Numbered from the stretch's first letter, positions 10,531 to 20,245 are shown. The stretch is 64,000 nt of DNA from an uncultured Gammaproteobacteria bacterium (GCA_963847575.1 CAWKAL010000110.1:121-64120); one strand, 5' to 3'. A program made the numbers and translations. The notes: generated by a model from the sequence alone, not told the origin.

Positions 10531-10597
10531 CGAACCTCCGGATGCCAGGATCAAAACCTGGTGCCTTGCCCCAATATCATAGAGCCGCGACGGCCCA
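10531..10597 (-). pseudogene. Truncated or disrupted tRNA-Gln copy
   Basis: It matches the real tRNA-Gln from the 5' end through the anticodon arm to the T-loop (..CAGGTTTTGATCCTGGCATCCGGAGGTTCG). The D-arm region is disrupted, and the 3' T-stem and acceptor are missing. Confidence 0.65.
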
Positions 10598-10612
10598 ATA
10601 ATATCTTGCTGC

Positions 10613-11512
10613 TTACGTGCCGTTCATGAAGCGTATCAACGGTGACTGGTTGCAGCCGCGGGCGACAAATGCATTCCAGTGGCCCTGCGCAGATGCCTTC
10701 AAGCGTTCATGAACAGCTACTGCGGCCTGGCGGTCTTCAAAACGTGCAAATACCGATGCCCCGGTGCCACTCATACGCGCACTTGCGTAGCCATCAAGCC
10801 AGTCCAGCGCCTGTTTCACTTCGGGATACCTGGCCACCACCACGGGTGTGCAGACATTACCCCAGCTGCTGCTAAAAAGGTCGCGTATTTTGATTGCTGG
10901 GCTATCGCGTGTCAATTCAGATGCAGCAAAGATTTCAGCCGTAGACACCGATATTGCCGGCGTAATCACCAGGTACCAGGGCTGTTCCAGCTCGACCGGG
11001 GTCAGTTGCTCACCAATGCCTTCGGCAAAAGCCGCAAAGCCGTGCACAAACACCGGCACATCGGCGCCCAGTTTCAGGCCGATATTCGCCAGTTGCGTGT
11101 CAGTTAATCCTGTTTGCCAGAGGCGGTTGAGTGCATGCAGCGTGGTCGCCGCGTCCGAGCTGCCGCCCCCGAGGCCGCCGCCCATCGGCAGGCGCTTATC
11201 AATCTCGATTTCGACGCCTTTGCGACAACCCGCATGTGACTGTAACAGGCGCGCTGCGCGCACCGCCAGATCCTGAGACGGTGGAAATTGGGCATTTCCC
11301 CGGGTGCGGATAATTTCACCATCCTCGCGCAGCCGAAATTGCAGCTCATCACCAAAATCCAGAAACTGGAACAGGGTTTGTAGATTGTGATATCCATCGT
11401 CGCGGCGGCCAGTGATATGCAACATCAGGTTGAGCTTGGCCGGTGCTGGCCAGGCGCGTGCCGGCCCGGTCACGGCCGCGTTTCGAGAGCGGGTAAATCC
11501 TGAAACTGCCAT
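10613..11512 (-). CDS. ispE: 4-diphosphocytidyl-2-C-methyl-D-erythritol kinase
   Basis: GHMP kinase. Motifs WPAPAKLNL, KRLPMGGGLGGGSSDAA. The true start may lie downstream of 11512. Confidence 0.9.
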   Translation of the reverse strand: MAVSGFTRSRNAAVTGPARAWPAPAKLNLMLHITGRRDDGYHNLQTLFQFLDFGDELQFRLREDGEIIRTRGNAQFPPSQDLAVRAARLLQSHAGCRKGVEIEIDKRLPMGGGLGGGSSDAATTLHALNRLWQTGLTDTQLANIGLKLGADVPVFVHGFAAFAEGIGEQLTPVELEQPWYLVITPAISVSTAEIFAASELTRDSPAIKIRDLFSSSWGNVCTPVVVARYPEVKQALDWLDGYASARMSGTGASVFARFEDRQAAVAVHERLKASAQGHWNAFVARGCNQSPLIRFMNGT

Positions 11513-12072
11513 GATCTGAGCAGCAGCCGCACCATCAGTTCCGGCTGGTCGGCACGCGAGAGATAAAATGCATGCGGTAGATTATATTCTGCCTCGGGCC
11601 GGTAGCGCGTCATCTCTACCCGCCAGCCGAGTTGCTCGACAATATTTAGCTGGCCCTGCTCGTCCCATTGCAGGCGCGTATCGCCTTCGGCGGGCAGGCC
11701 GCGCAGCCAGTAGTGCAGGCTGGCGAGTGGCAGGCGCACGCCGAGGCTCTGGCGAAACAGCTCGTCGGCATTGTCACTGGTGGATATCGAACCATCCGCA
11801 TGGGTCAGGCGTACGCGGCGGCTATCACCCTGGATGAAATACGCCCCCTGGCCCATGGGTGCGATTAGCCGAATCTGGTAATGCTCGCCCTGCTGGTTCC
11901 AGAATACATCCAGGCTGCCGCCCTGTTTCTCGGTCTGCACGCCCAGCCGCCCCTGGAGGTACCAGCTATCGATCGAACTGTTGCGGCTTTGCTGCGCAGC
12001 CCAGCTGGCAGGTGCCTGCGAGGTTTTGTCATGCACATGGCCGCAGGCGGATAGCGCTAAAACCCATGGCAA
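11470..12072 (-). CDS. lolB: Outer-membrane lipoprotein LolB
   Basis: Lipobox LALSAC, W..QGRLGV..W.Q....Y.IRL pattern, lolB-ispE synteny. The ORF-track start is a TTG, so the exact start is uncertain. Confidence 0.8.
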   Translation of the reverse strand: MPWVLALSACGHVHDKTSQAPASWAAQQSRNSSIDSWYLQGRLGVQTEKQGGSLDVFWNQQGEHYQIRLIAPMGQGAYFIQGDSRRVRLTHADGSISTSDNADELFRQSLGVRLPLASLHYWLRGLPAEGDTRLQWDEQGQLNIVEQLGWRVEMTRYRPEAEYNLPHAFYLSRADQPELMVRLLLRSWQFQDLPALETRP

Positions 12073-12120
12073 AATCAGCGCTCGCCAGCAGCACTGGCCG
12101 CGTTGGCTGGGTATTGAATT

Positions 12121-13881
12121 TCAAAATTTGAATCGTTTCAGGGTTTCGATCAGCACGGGGTGTTTGGCATCGAGTTCACGACCGCGGGTCCAGACTTTGC
12201 GCGCCTTGTCCTGCTGATTGGATTTCCACAGCACTTCGCCATAGTGCGCGGCGATTTCAGCATCTTCGAGCTTGGTGAATGCCATCTCCAGCCACTTCAG
12301 CGCTTCTTCCATCTTGCCAAGGCGATAACTTACCCAGCCGAGGCTGTCGAGAATGGCGGGATCATCCGGCACCAGTGCGGCCGCGCGTTTGATGTAATCC
12401 AGCGCCTCTTCCAGGCGTCCGGTACGATCAGCCAGGGTATAGCCCAGCGCGTTGAGTGCATTGACGTTTTCCGGTTCATTCGAGAGTACTTTCAGTAAAT
12501 CGGTTTCCGTGATATCGATGCGGTCGACTTTTTCCGCGATGATGGCGCGCGCATAGAGCAGGTCTGGATCGTCCGGCTTCTGTATCAATACCCGGCTGAA
12601 CATTTCGAAGCCTTCCTTGTATTTATGCAGGCTGCGTAATATTTCGCCCTGTGCAAGGTACACCCTGACCCGGTCCGACCATTCGGTTTTCTGTTCGGCG
12701 AGCACTTCGAGCTGTTGCAGGCCTTCGCGTTCGCGGCCCAGCTGTGCAAACAGGCCGGCAATGCGCAGCCTGGAATCGAATTCGTAATCACCGCTGGTCA
12801 CCCGCAGGTAATACGAAATCGCGACCTTGGCTTTATCCCGGCTCTGCGCGATGCGCCCCAGGTAATAATTCGCCACGTCGACTTTTTTATCCAGCTTGAG
12901 CAGCTTCTGCAGGTAATCATCGGCCTGGTCAAGTTCGCGGGTATCGATGTATAACAGGGCCAGGCTCAACAGCACATCCGGGTTTTCCGGCTGTTGCTGG
13001 TGCAGAATCAGAAACTGCTCGCGCGCGCCGACCAGGTCTTTTTGCTCGACCAGCATGCGCGCGTACTGCAGGCGTATCGATGCGTTTTTGGGCGCTTGTC
13101 GCAACAGCTCGGCCATCACCGCGATGGCTTCATCCTGCCTGCCCTGAACACTGAGAATCCTGGATTTAATCAGGTGCACATCATCCAGTGCAGGGTCCTG
13201 GGCCAGCACCCTGTCGAGCAGCGCGAGCGCGGCATCATAGTGTTCCAGCTGGGCCTCGTAGCGCGCCTGCAGCGCCAGCATGTGCAGGTTGGTGTCATCT
13301 TGCTGGTTGAGTACCGCCAGTATCGCCAGTGCAGTCTCGGTATCGGTTTCTTTCTGCAGCATGGTCTTGACTGCGAGCGCGCGGGTGCGGTCATCATCGG
13401 ATTCGCGTTCGAGAATTTTTTGTATGGAGACCGCTGCCTGCTCGGGCTGCTTCAGCTTGACGTAGGTGGTGGCATACATGCGGTCGATTTCCGCGTCCGC
13501 AGGATCGAGTGCCTGCCAGCGTTCGAGCAGCTTGAGGCCCTGCTGGTAATCACCCGCGTAAATTGCAATATAGGTGGCACGCGCGGCCACCCGGCTATCA
13601 TCAGTGTCAGCCGCGGCCTTGCTGTAAAACGCGGTCGCGGTTTTGAGGTCGCCGGTATTGCCGGCGAATTCTGCTGCCAGCAGCTCGTACAACAGGTCAC
13701 CGCTTAATGCCTGGCCGGCATCGGACGCCGCGGTCCTGGCCGTGGCAGATTTTGTACCCTGGCCAGCACAGCCGCCGACAATCGCTGTGATTGCGGCCAG
13801 CAGCAAGGCCAGTGCGCACAGGTTTAAGCCGGATCGCCGCGGTGGCGGTACCTCAATGGATGTATATGTATGCTGATTCAT
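12121..13881 (-). CDS. TPR-repeat lipoprotein (counterpart of the Pseudomonas TPR gene upstream of lolB)
   Basis: 586 aa. Signal peptide plus lipobox (IVGGC), then many 34-residue TPR-like A/L/Y-rich helical repeats. Confidence 0.75.
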   Translation of the reverse strand: MNQHTYTSIEVPPPRRSGLNLCALALLLAAITAIVGGCAGQGTKSATARTAASDAGQALSGDLLYELLAAEFAGNTGDLKTATAFYSKAAADTDDSRVAARATYIAIYAGDYQQGLKLLERWQALDPADAEIDRMYATTYVKLKQPEQAAVSIQKILERESDDDRTRALAVKTMLQKETDTETALAILAVLNQQDDTNLHMLALQARYEAQLEHYDAALALLDRVLAQDPALDDVHLIKSRILSVQGRQDEAIAVMAELLRQAPKNASIRLQYARMLVEQKDLVGAREQFLILHQQQPENPDVLLSLALLYIDTRELDQADDYLQKLLKLDKKVDVANYYLGRIAQSRDKAKVAISYYLRVTSGDYEFDSRLRIAGLFAQLGREREGLQQLEVLAEQKTEWSDRVRVYLAQGEILRSLHKYKEGFEMFSRVLIQKPDDPDLLYARAIIAEKVDRIDITETDLLKVLSNEPENVNALNALGYTLADRTGRLEEALDYIKRAAALVPDDPAILDSLGWVSYRLGKMEEALKWLEMAFTKLEDAEIAAHYGEVLWKSNQQDKARKVWTRGRELDAKHPVLIETLKRFKF

Positions 13882-14026
13882 CTGGTAAATATAACGTATT
13901 TTTAGCGCCGAGCTTTATTGTATCGTGCAAATGCACAACACTGTATATTTCATGTTAGCAGCAGAGCTTGAGTTCAACCCATGCATACCGCAAAATTAGC
14001 CGTTTTCTCGCCAGCCTTAGCACCCT

Positions 14027-15301
14027 ATGTCCAATAGCCCGCCAGGCCTCTTTACCCTGGGTCTTAATCACAAAACCGCGCCGGTGGAGTTGCGCGAACG
14101 GCTGGCGTTCACCCCGCAAACCCTGCCCGAAGCGCTGGTCAGCCTGTCGCGCCTGCCGGGCGTGGCGGAAGCGGCGATTTTATCCACCTGCAATCGCACT
14201 GAACTCTATTGCACGGTTTCAGAGCTTAATGATCAGGCGCTGGTCGAATGGTTCAGTCAGTTTCATGGGCTTGATGCAAAGTCGTTGCAGGGCCATCTCT
14301 ATAATTACGACCACGAAGCCACGGTACGGCACGCCATGGAAGTCGCCAGCGGGCTGGATTCGATGGTGCTGGGCGAGCCCCAGATCACCGGGCAAATGAA
14401 AGAAGCCTATTCCATGGCCAGCCACCAGGGCACCATCGGTCCGTTACTGGGCAAGTTGTTTCAGCACGCGTTTGCCGTCGCCAAGCAGGTGCGCACCGAT
14501 ACCGCGATAGGTTCCAGCCCGGTGTCTGTCGCGTTTGCCGCGGTCAGCCTGGCCAAGCAGATTTTTGGCGAGCTGGAAAATTCCACCGCGCTGCTGATCG
14601 GCGCAGGCGATACCATCGAACTTACCGCGCGGCATCTACACGCGCACGGGATTCGCCACATGATTGTGGCCAACCGCAGTGTTGAACGCGCGCAAAACCT
14701 GGCAGACCTGTTCAATGGCGAAGCCATCGGCCTGCAGCATATCGGCGAACACCTGCACCGTGCGGATATCGTGATTGCCTCCACCGCCAGCCCCCTGCCC
14801 ATCCTCGGCAAGGGCACGGTTGAACGCGCGCTTAAAGTGCGCCGCCATGAGCCTATCTTCATGGTCGACCTCGCGGTGCCGCGCGATGTCGAACCCGAAG
14901 TCAATACGCTCGATGATGTCTACCTCTACAGTGTCGATGATTTACAGGCCGTGATCGACGAGAACCTGCAATCGCGCATCCAGGCGGCGGAACAGGCGCG
15001 CGATATTATCGAAGAGCAGGTCAGCCAGTACCTGGTGTGGCAACACTCGCTCGGTGCCGTCGACGTGATATCCGAAATCCGCAGCAACACCCAGATGCTA
15101 AGCCAGCAGGTGCTGGAAAAAGCCCTGAAGCAGCTCGCCGCCGGCCAGTCACCCGAACAGGCGATGGAATTTCTCGCCCACAGCCTGACCAACAAGTTTC
15201 TGCATCAGCCCTGCACCCGGCTGCGCCAGGCCAGCCACCACGAACAGGAAGAACTGTTACGCACCGCTCGCCAGCTGTTTTTTGACAACACCGAAAACTA
15301 A
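14027..15301 (+). CDS. hemA: Glutamyl-tRNA reductase
   Basis: 424 aa. Motifs [30 protein letters not shown] (NADPH site). Confidence 0.95.
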   Translation: MSNSPPGLFTLGLNHKTAPVELRERLAFTPQTLPEALVSLSRLPGVAEAAILSTCNRTELYCTVSELNDQALVEWFSQFHGLDAKSLQGHLYNYDHEATVRHAMEVASGLDSMVLGEPQITGQMKEAYSMASHQGTIGPLLGKLFQHAFAVAKQVRTDTAIGSSPVSVAFAAVSLAKQIFGELENSTALLIGAGDTIELTARHLHAHGIRHMIVANRSVERAQNLADLFNGEAIGLQHIGEHLHRADIVIASTASPLPILGKGTVERALKVRRHEPIFMVDLAVPRDVEPEVNTLDDVYLYSVDDLQAVIDENLQSRIQAAEQARDIIEEQVSQYLVWQHSLGAVDVISEIRSNTQMLSQQVLEKALKQLAAGQSPEQAMEFLAHSLTNKFLHQPCTRLRQASHHEQEELLRTARQLFFDNTEN

Positions 15302-15351
15302 AGACTGTAAACTCGCCATCCTGCCTGCCGGCAGTGCAGCGCGAAACTAGC

Positions 15352-16437
15352 ATGAAAGACTCCATACACAACAAGCTCAACCGATTGCTCGACCGCCACG
15401 AAGAAGTGTCCGGGTTGCTGTCAGAAGCAGACGTCATTTCAGACCAGAACAAGTTTCGCGAGCTGTCGCGCGAGTATTCACAGCTCGAACCGGTCGTTAA
15501 CAGTTTTCGCGACTATCAGAAAACCCAGGACGATCTTGCCGCGGCCGAGGAAATGTTGCGCGACGACGACCCCGAAGTGCGCGACATGGCGAAAGAAGAA
15601 GCCAGCACGAATAACGAACGCCTGGCTGCGCTCGAACTCGAACTGCAAAAACAGCTGCTACCAACAGACCCGCACGATAACAGCAACATCTTTCTCGAAA
15701 TTCGTGCTGGCACCGGCGGTGACGAAGCCGCAATTTTTGCCGGCGACCTGTTCCGCATGTATTCGCGTTATGCAGAACTCAAGCACTGGCAGGTTGAAAT
15801 CATTAACCAGAACGCCGGCGAGCACGGGGGTTACAAGGAAATTATCGCGCGCATTATCGGCAACGGTGCTTATTCAAGGATGAAATTCGAATCCGGTGCG
15901 CACCGCGTACAACGCGTGCCCGAAACCGAATCACAGGGGCGCGTGCACACCTCGGCGGCGACGGTGGCAATCATGCCCGAAGTCGATGACGTCGAGCAGA
16001 TCGAAATCAACCCGGCTGACCTGCGTATCGACACCTACCGCGCGTCCGGCGCCGGCGGTCAGCATGTCAACAAAACCGATTCTGCAGTGCGTCTTACCCA
16101 CATACCCACCGGCACCGTGGTCGAATGCCAGGACGAACGTTCGCAACACAAGAACAAGGCGCGTGCGATGTCCTTGTTACAGGCACGCATCATGGACGCC
16201 AAAATCGAAAAGCAACGCAGTGAACAGGCGCAGACACGAAAATCACTTGTCGGCAGTGGTGATCGCTCAGAGCGCATCCGCACCTACAATTTCCCGCAGG
16301 GCCGCGTCACTGACCATCGTATTAACCTCACGCTGTACAAGCTCGATGAATTTGTCGGCGGCAACATCGACCAGGTGATTGACCCGCTGATCAATGAATA
16401 CCAGGCTGAGCAGCTGGCACAGCTCGCCGACCTGTAA
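15352..16437 (+). CDS. prfA: Peptide chain release factor 1
   Basis: GGQ motif ([14 protein letters not shown]) and RF1-type PET/PxT region ([10 protein letters not shown]). The start MKDSIHNKL at 15352 is preferred over 15334. Confidence 0.95.
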   Translation: MKDSIHNKLNRLLDRHEEVSGLLSEADVISDQNKFRELSREYSQLEPVVNSFRDYQKTQDDLAAAEEMLRDDDPEVRDMAKEEASTNNERLAALELELQKQLLPTDPHDNSNIFLEIRAGTGGDEAAIFAGDLFRMYSRYAELKHWQVEIINQNAGEHGGYKEIIARIIGNGAYSRMKFESGAHRVQRVPETESQGRVHTSAATVAIMPEVDDVEQIEINPADLRIDTYRASGAGGQHVNKTDSAVRLTHIPTGTVVECQDERSQHKNKARAMSLLQARIMDAKIEKQRSEQAQTRKSLVGSGDRSERIRTYNFPQGRVTDHRINLTLYKLDEFVGGNIDQVIDPLINEYQAEQLAQLADL

Positions 16438-16438
16438 G

Positions 16439-17284
16439 GTGGCGACTATTTCCGAGCTGCTGAAACAGGCCGGCAGCACGCTGAAAAACTCAGCCGACGC
16501 GAGAATTGATGCCGAGGCACTGTTGTGCCACGTGCTGCAATGTGACCGCAGCTGGCTGTATACCTGGCCGGAAAAAATCATCAATACCGCACAGGTGGAA
16601 CAATTTACCTCCCTGGTCAGCGAACGCGCTCGCGGCACGCCGGTGGCTTATCTCACAGGTAAACGTGAATTCTGGTCGCTGGCTTTTGAAGTCACGCCAG
16701 ACACATTAATTCCACGCCCCGAGACCGAGCTGCTGGTGGAAACCCTATTGCAGAAGTTCACCGCAGAGCATCTCGAAGTACTCGATCTGGGTACCGGCTG
16801 CGGTGCGATTGCAATTGCGCTGGCACATGCAAGGCCACGCTGGCAGCTTACCGCGACCGATGTTTCCAGTGCAGCGCTGGAGGTAGCACGGCGTAATGCT
16901 GTTCGAAACTCGTTACATAACCTGCGCCTGTTACACAGTGACTGGTTCGAAAACCTCGGCAATCAACGCTTCGATGTTATCGTCAGCAACCCGCCCTACA
17001 TCGCCGAGAGTGATGTGCATCTTGCCCAGGGCGATGTGCGTTTTGAACCGCAGGGCGCACTGCGCTCCGGCAGCCAGGGGCTGGATGACATTCAGTATCT
17101 TTGCGCACATGCAAGCGGGCACCTGCATCCGTCGGGCTGGTTTTTTTGCGAGCACGGATATGATCAGAAAGCCGCAGTTAAACAGTGCTTCGAGCAGAAC
17201 GGCTTTAGCACTATTGTGCAGCTTGAAGACCTTGCCGGTCTGCCACGCGTGACCGGCGGGCGAATCCACCGGGGCGAAGCTTAA
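16439..17284 (+). CDS. prmC: Release factor glutamine N5-methyltransferase
   Basis: NPPY motif (VSNPPYI), SAM-binding DLGTGCGAIA. A probable GTG start lies 2 nt after the prfA stop. Confidence 0.9.
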   Translation: MATISELLKQAGSTLKNSADARIDAEALLCHVLQCDRSWLYTWPEKIINTAQVEQFTSLVSERARGTPVAYLTGKREFWSLAFEVTPDTLIPRPETELLVETLLQKFTAEHLEVLDLGTGCGAIAIALAHARPRWQLTATDVSSAALEVARRNAVRNSLHNLRLLHSDWFENLGNQRFDVIVSNPPYIAESDVHLAQGDVRFEPQGALRSGSQGLDDIQYLCAHASGHLHPSGWFFCEHGYDQKAAVKQCFEQNGFSTIVQLEDLAGLPRVTGGRIHRGEA

Positions 17285-17417
17285 ATTGCCGGGCTGTTTT
17301 ATTTTCCAGGATCGCTATCAATATTTAGATAATCAGCAGCGATTTGCAGGAAAACAGTCTGTCGGCAACAACCACACAGTTCTTGCGTTTATGTCTCAGC
17401 AGCGCTAGATTCAATCT

Positions 17418-17804
17418 ATGCAAATTTGTCGTGATGTCATCAAAACCCGTGAGCTGCAGTTTTTATCAAAACTGCCGGGCGTCGATGAAGCTGAAAAAGC
17501 GCGCCGCCTGCTCAGCGGTGTGAAAGGCATCGAGGGCGTCAAGCTGATTCGCGTCGGTCACTTAAGCCTGCGTTACGATGTTCGAATGCTGACCCTGCAA
17601 ATGATCGAGTCTGCTTTACGCGACGTCGGCTTCTTTCTCGATAACCGGCTGACGACACGTATCCAGCGCAGCCTGTTTGCCTATTGCGAAGATGCCCAGC
17701 GTGCCAGCCTGGGTGTTGAACATGATCCAGAGCATGTGATCTTTTCCCACCACGATAGCGCCACGCACGATCCCCGCCCGCACAACTGGCGAAACTATAT
17801 TTAA
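17418..17804 (+). CDS. Hypothetical small protein with a possible HMA-like beta-alpha-beta fold lacking a CxxC
   Basis: 128-aa ORF on the same strand upstream of moeB. The segment GVKGIEGVKLIRVGHLSLRYDV..MIESALRDVGF resembles a ferredoxin-like or HMA topology. No family assignment is possible from the sequence alone. Confidence 0.45.
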   Translation: MQICRDVIKTRELQFLSKLPGVDEAEKARRLLSGVKGIEGVKLIRVGHLSLRYDVRMLTLQMIESALRDVGFFLDNRLTTRIQRSLFAYCEDAQRASLGVEHDPEHVIFSHHDSATHDPRPHNWRNYI

Positions 17805-17939
17805 ATAGCCGGATTGGTCGGATTAATGGTCGGATTTTAATGGTCGACAGTCACAGCGTGTAGTTTCACTGCACACTGACACATTTCATGCTGCCCTACC
17901 CGGCAACACAATTCACTCCCGCTCAAGTAAACTTGGCCC

Positions 17940-18692
17940 ATGGATGATTCACAGTTACTGCGTTACAACCGCCACATCATGCTGCCACAAATCAGCATTG
18001 AAGGTCAGCAGCGCCTGCTCGATGCCCATGTACTTATTATTGGACTGGGCGGGCTGGGTTCACCGGCTGCAATGTATCTCGCCTCGGCAGGTGTTGGCAC
18101 TATCACCCTGGTGGATGATGACAGCGTTGAAATCACCAACCTGCAACGCCAGATTGTGCATCGCACTGCGAATATTGGCACGGCCAAGGTAGACTCGGCG
18201 CGCGATAACCTGCTCGCACTCAATCCACTGATTCAGATCAACTGTATACACCAGCGTTTAAAAACGCATGAACTCGAACAGGCCGTGAGCAATGCCGATA
18301 TTGTGATCGATGCCACCGACAATTTTGAATCACGTTATGCCATCAATGCCGCCTGCGTAAAACAGCAGACACCACTGGTCTCGGGTGCTGCGATTCGCTT
18401 TGAAGGTCAGCTTGCGGTGTTTGATCTGCGCCAGCCGGATTCACCGTGTTACCACTGTCTTTATCCGTACAGTGACGATATAGAAGAGGAAACCTGCAGC
18501 GAGAATGGCATTCTTGCACCCGTGGTGGGTATTATTGGCAGCATGCAGGCGCTGGAAGCCATAAAACTGATCTGCGGTGTTGGTGAAACATCAACGGGTA
18601 GATTGTTACTGTTTGATGCACTCGCGCTGGAATGGCGCACGATGAATTTTAAACACGATCCCCATTGCCCGGTGTGCGGCGAGGAAGCTTGA
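17940..18692 (+). CDS. moeB: Molybdopterin-synthase adenylyltransferase (MoeB/ThiF-type E1-like enzyme)
   Basis: 250 aa, colinear with E. coli MoeB. Motifs LRYNRHI, GLGGLGS, NLQRQ, and two CxxC pairs (CYHC, CPVC). Confidence 0.85.
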   Translation: MDDSQLLRYNRHIMLPQISIEGQQRLLDAHVLIIGLGGLGSPAAMYLASAGVGTITLVDDDSVEITNLQRQIVHRTANIGTAKVDSARDNLLALNPLIQINCIHQRLKTHELEQAVSNADIVIDATDNFESRYAINAACVKQQTPLVSGAAIRFEGQLAVFDLRQPDSPCYHCLYPYSDDIEEETCSENGILAPVVGIIGSMQALEAIKLICGVGETSTGRLLLFDALALEWRTMNFKHDPHCPVCGEEA

Positions 18693-19099
18693 TGAACACT
18701 AAACTCGTGCTACCGCGGCCACTGGTGAATCAAATGCTGGCGCATGCACAGCAAAATCCTCAACGGGAAATTTGTGGACTAATTGCAATTGATGACAGGC
18801 AAGGCATGCGCTATGTGCGCATCGACAATCGCGCGACCGACAGCACACACCGCTACCAGATGGATGACAAACAGCTGGTGGACAACATGCGGCAATTCAG
18901 ACTAAACCACGAGACCTTATACGCTATCGTGCACTCGCATCCAGCGTCAGAAGCGCAACCGTCAATACTCGACATCGAACAGGCGAATTACCCCGATGTG
19001 TATTACCTGATTATTTCGTTGAATACACGCGGCGTGCTGGAAATGCGCGCCTATAAAATAAACCACGGATCGGTCACCGAAGTTGAAGTAAATATCTAG
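18692..19099 (+). CDS. JAB/MPN (JAMM) family metalloisopeptidase
   Basis: Motifs EICG and HSHPxxxxxPSxxD (HSHPASEAQPSILD). Its ATG overlaps the moeB TGA (ATGA), implying translational coupling. Confidence 0.8.
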   Translation: MNTKLVLPRPLVNQMLAHAQQNPQREICGLIAIDDRQGMRYVRIDNRATDSTHRYQMDDKQLVDNMRQFRLNHETLYAIVHSHPASEAQPSILDIEQANYPDVYYLIISLNTRGVLEMRAYKINHGSVTEVEVNI

Positions 19100-19141
19100 G
19101 CGAACACTGGCTTACGACCGCCGGCAAACATCAGCAAAGGC

Positions 19142-20245
19142 TTAGAGCTTTTCACCGTTATCTTCGGGCTGACGATGGAATACACGCGTCATGCCCTTGT
19201 CATCGCGGGTGATGAGCTTGTTATTCTTTACCTTGTAGCGATAGCGAATTTCCTTGTCGTAATCATCCACCGTTGCCACCAGGTCTTTGATGGTGGCCTG
19301 CATTTTACCACTGAGTGTACGCTCCCCGCCGTCACTCCAGTCGAAACGATTATCCTTGATGGTCAGGGTTTCGCCCGACTCGTTTTTCCATACGCCTTCG
19401 AGTGCCTTTTTCACCTGAATGCGGTCGCATAAACCACTCGGACATATACCGCTTTCGGCAAACAATGGATTTGTAATTCGTCGCGGGAATCCGCCTGCTG
19501 AATAACCGGCGGGATAGCCATTCACACCTGCCGGCAGACGCCGACCCCAGCGATTAGTATACGCATAAGGATTTACATTATGGCTGGCATAGCCGGGCTG
19601 CCAGGGACGGGTCGCGAATGGTGACGCGCCCCACGGAGCCCCGGCGTAGGGCGAGCCACCCCAGGGTGAACCACCGTAGGGTGAACCACCCCAGGGTGAA
19701 CCACCCCAGGGCGAACCACCCCAGGGTGAAGCGCCCCACGGAGAACCGCCGTATGGCGCACCCCCCCAGGGAGATCCACCATATCTATTACCGCGGTAAG
19801 GAGAACCGCCCCAGGGAGATCCACCATATCGAGAACCACCATATCGAGAACCGCGGTAGGGTGCACCATAGGGTGCTCCACCCAACTGGCCAGCGTTGTA
19901 TGGCGAACCACCCCACGGTGACCCGGCGTATGGCGAACCACCCCACGGTGAAATACCGGGGCCAGATAACATCCACGGTGAAGCCCCCTGACCACCCCAT
20001 GGACTTGTGCCCCAGGGTGAGCGACTGTAGTTACCCCAGCTGGAATAAGGACTGCCAAAGGATGCAGGGTAACCGCCATAGCCACCAACAGGCACACGAT
20101 CGAGCATACCCATGGCGACCATCATGTTGATCATCATTTCAACAAACGGGATATCGGTAGTGGAACGGTAATATTTGACGGAGGCAAAGGTACTGAAACT
20201 CGTGGTGAGCATCAGCAATGCGACAATAATGCGTCGTCTCTTCAT
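19142..20245 (-). CDS. Secreted protein with a Met-rich segment, about 165 residues of (G)-S/A-P-W/Y-G pentapeptide repeats, and a small beta-rich C-terminal domain
   Basis: Signal peptide MKRRRIIVALLMLTTSFSTFASV, then EMMINMMVAMGM. The repeat block contains 12 SPW and 6 SPY tripeptides by my count, plus APY, APW and SRY variants. No known family recognised. Confidence 0.7.
   Translation of the reverse strand: MKRRRIIVALLMLTTSFSTFASVKYYRSTTDIPFVEMMINMMVAMGMLDRVPVGGYGGYPASFGSPYSSWGNYSRSPWGTSPWGGQGASPWMLSGPGISPWGGSPYAGSPWGGSPYNAGQLGGAPYGAPYRGSRYGGSRYGGSPWGGSPYRGNRYGGSPWGGAPYGGSPWGASPWGGSPWGGSPWGGSPYGGSPWGGSPYAGAPWGASPFATRPWQPGYASHNVNPYAYTNRWGRRLPAGVNGYPAGYSAGGFPRRITNPLFAESGICPSGLCDRIQVKKALEGVWKNESGETLTIKDNRFDWSDGGERTLSGKMQATIKDLVATVDDYDKEIRYRYKVKNNKLITRDDKGMTRVFHRQPEDNGEKL
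19589..20086. repeat. Degenerate 15-nt-period tandem repeats encoding the SPWGG block
   Basis: Runs such as ccaccccagggtgaa occur many times with variants. All three frames on both strands stay open here, which produces spurious ORFs. Confidence 0.8.

Noticed and set aside
15334-16437. Programmed frameshift in the release-factor gene
   Set aside because: The gene is RF1 (PxT-type, single uninterrupted frame). The +1 frameshift site is a feature of prfB, not prfA.
19573-20130. Long ORFs in other frames and on the opposite strand across the SPWGG repeat (for example 19573..20097 minus, 19618..20130 plus, giving HPRVNHRRVNHPRV-type peptides)
   Set aside because: They are by-products of a 15-nt periodic repeat that keeps all frames open. 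Only the 19142..20245 frame has a signal peptide, a non-repeat C-terminal domain and a sensible start.
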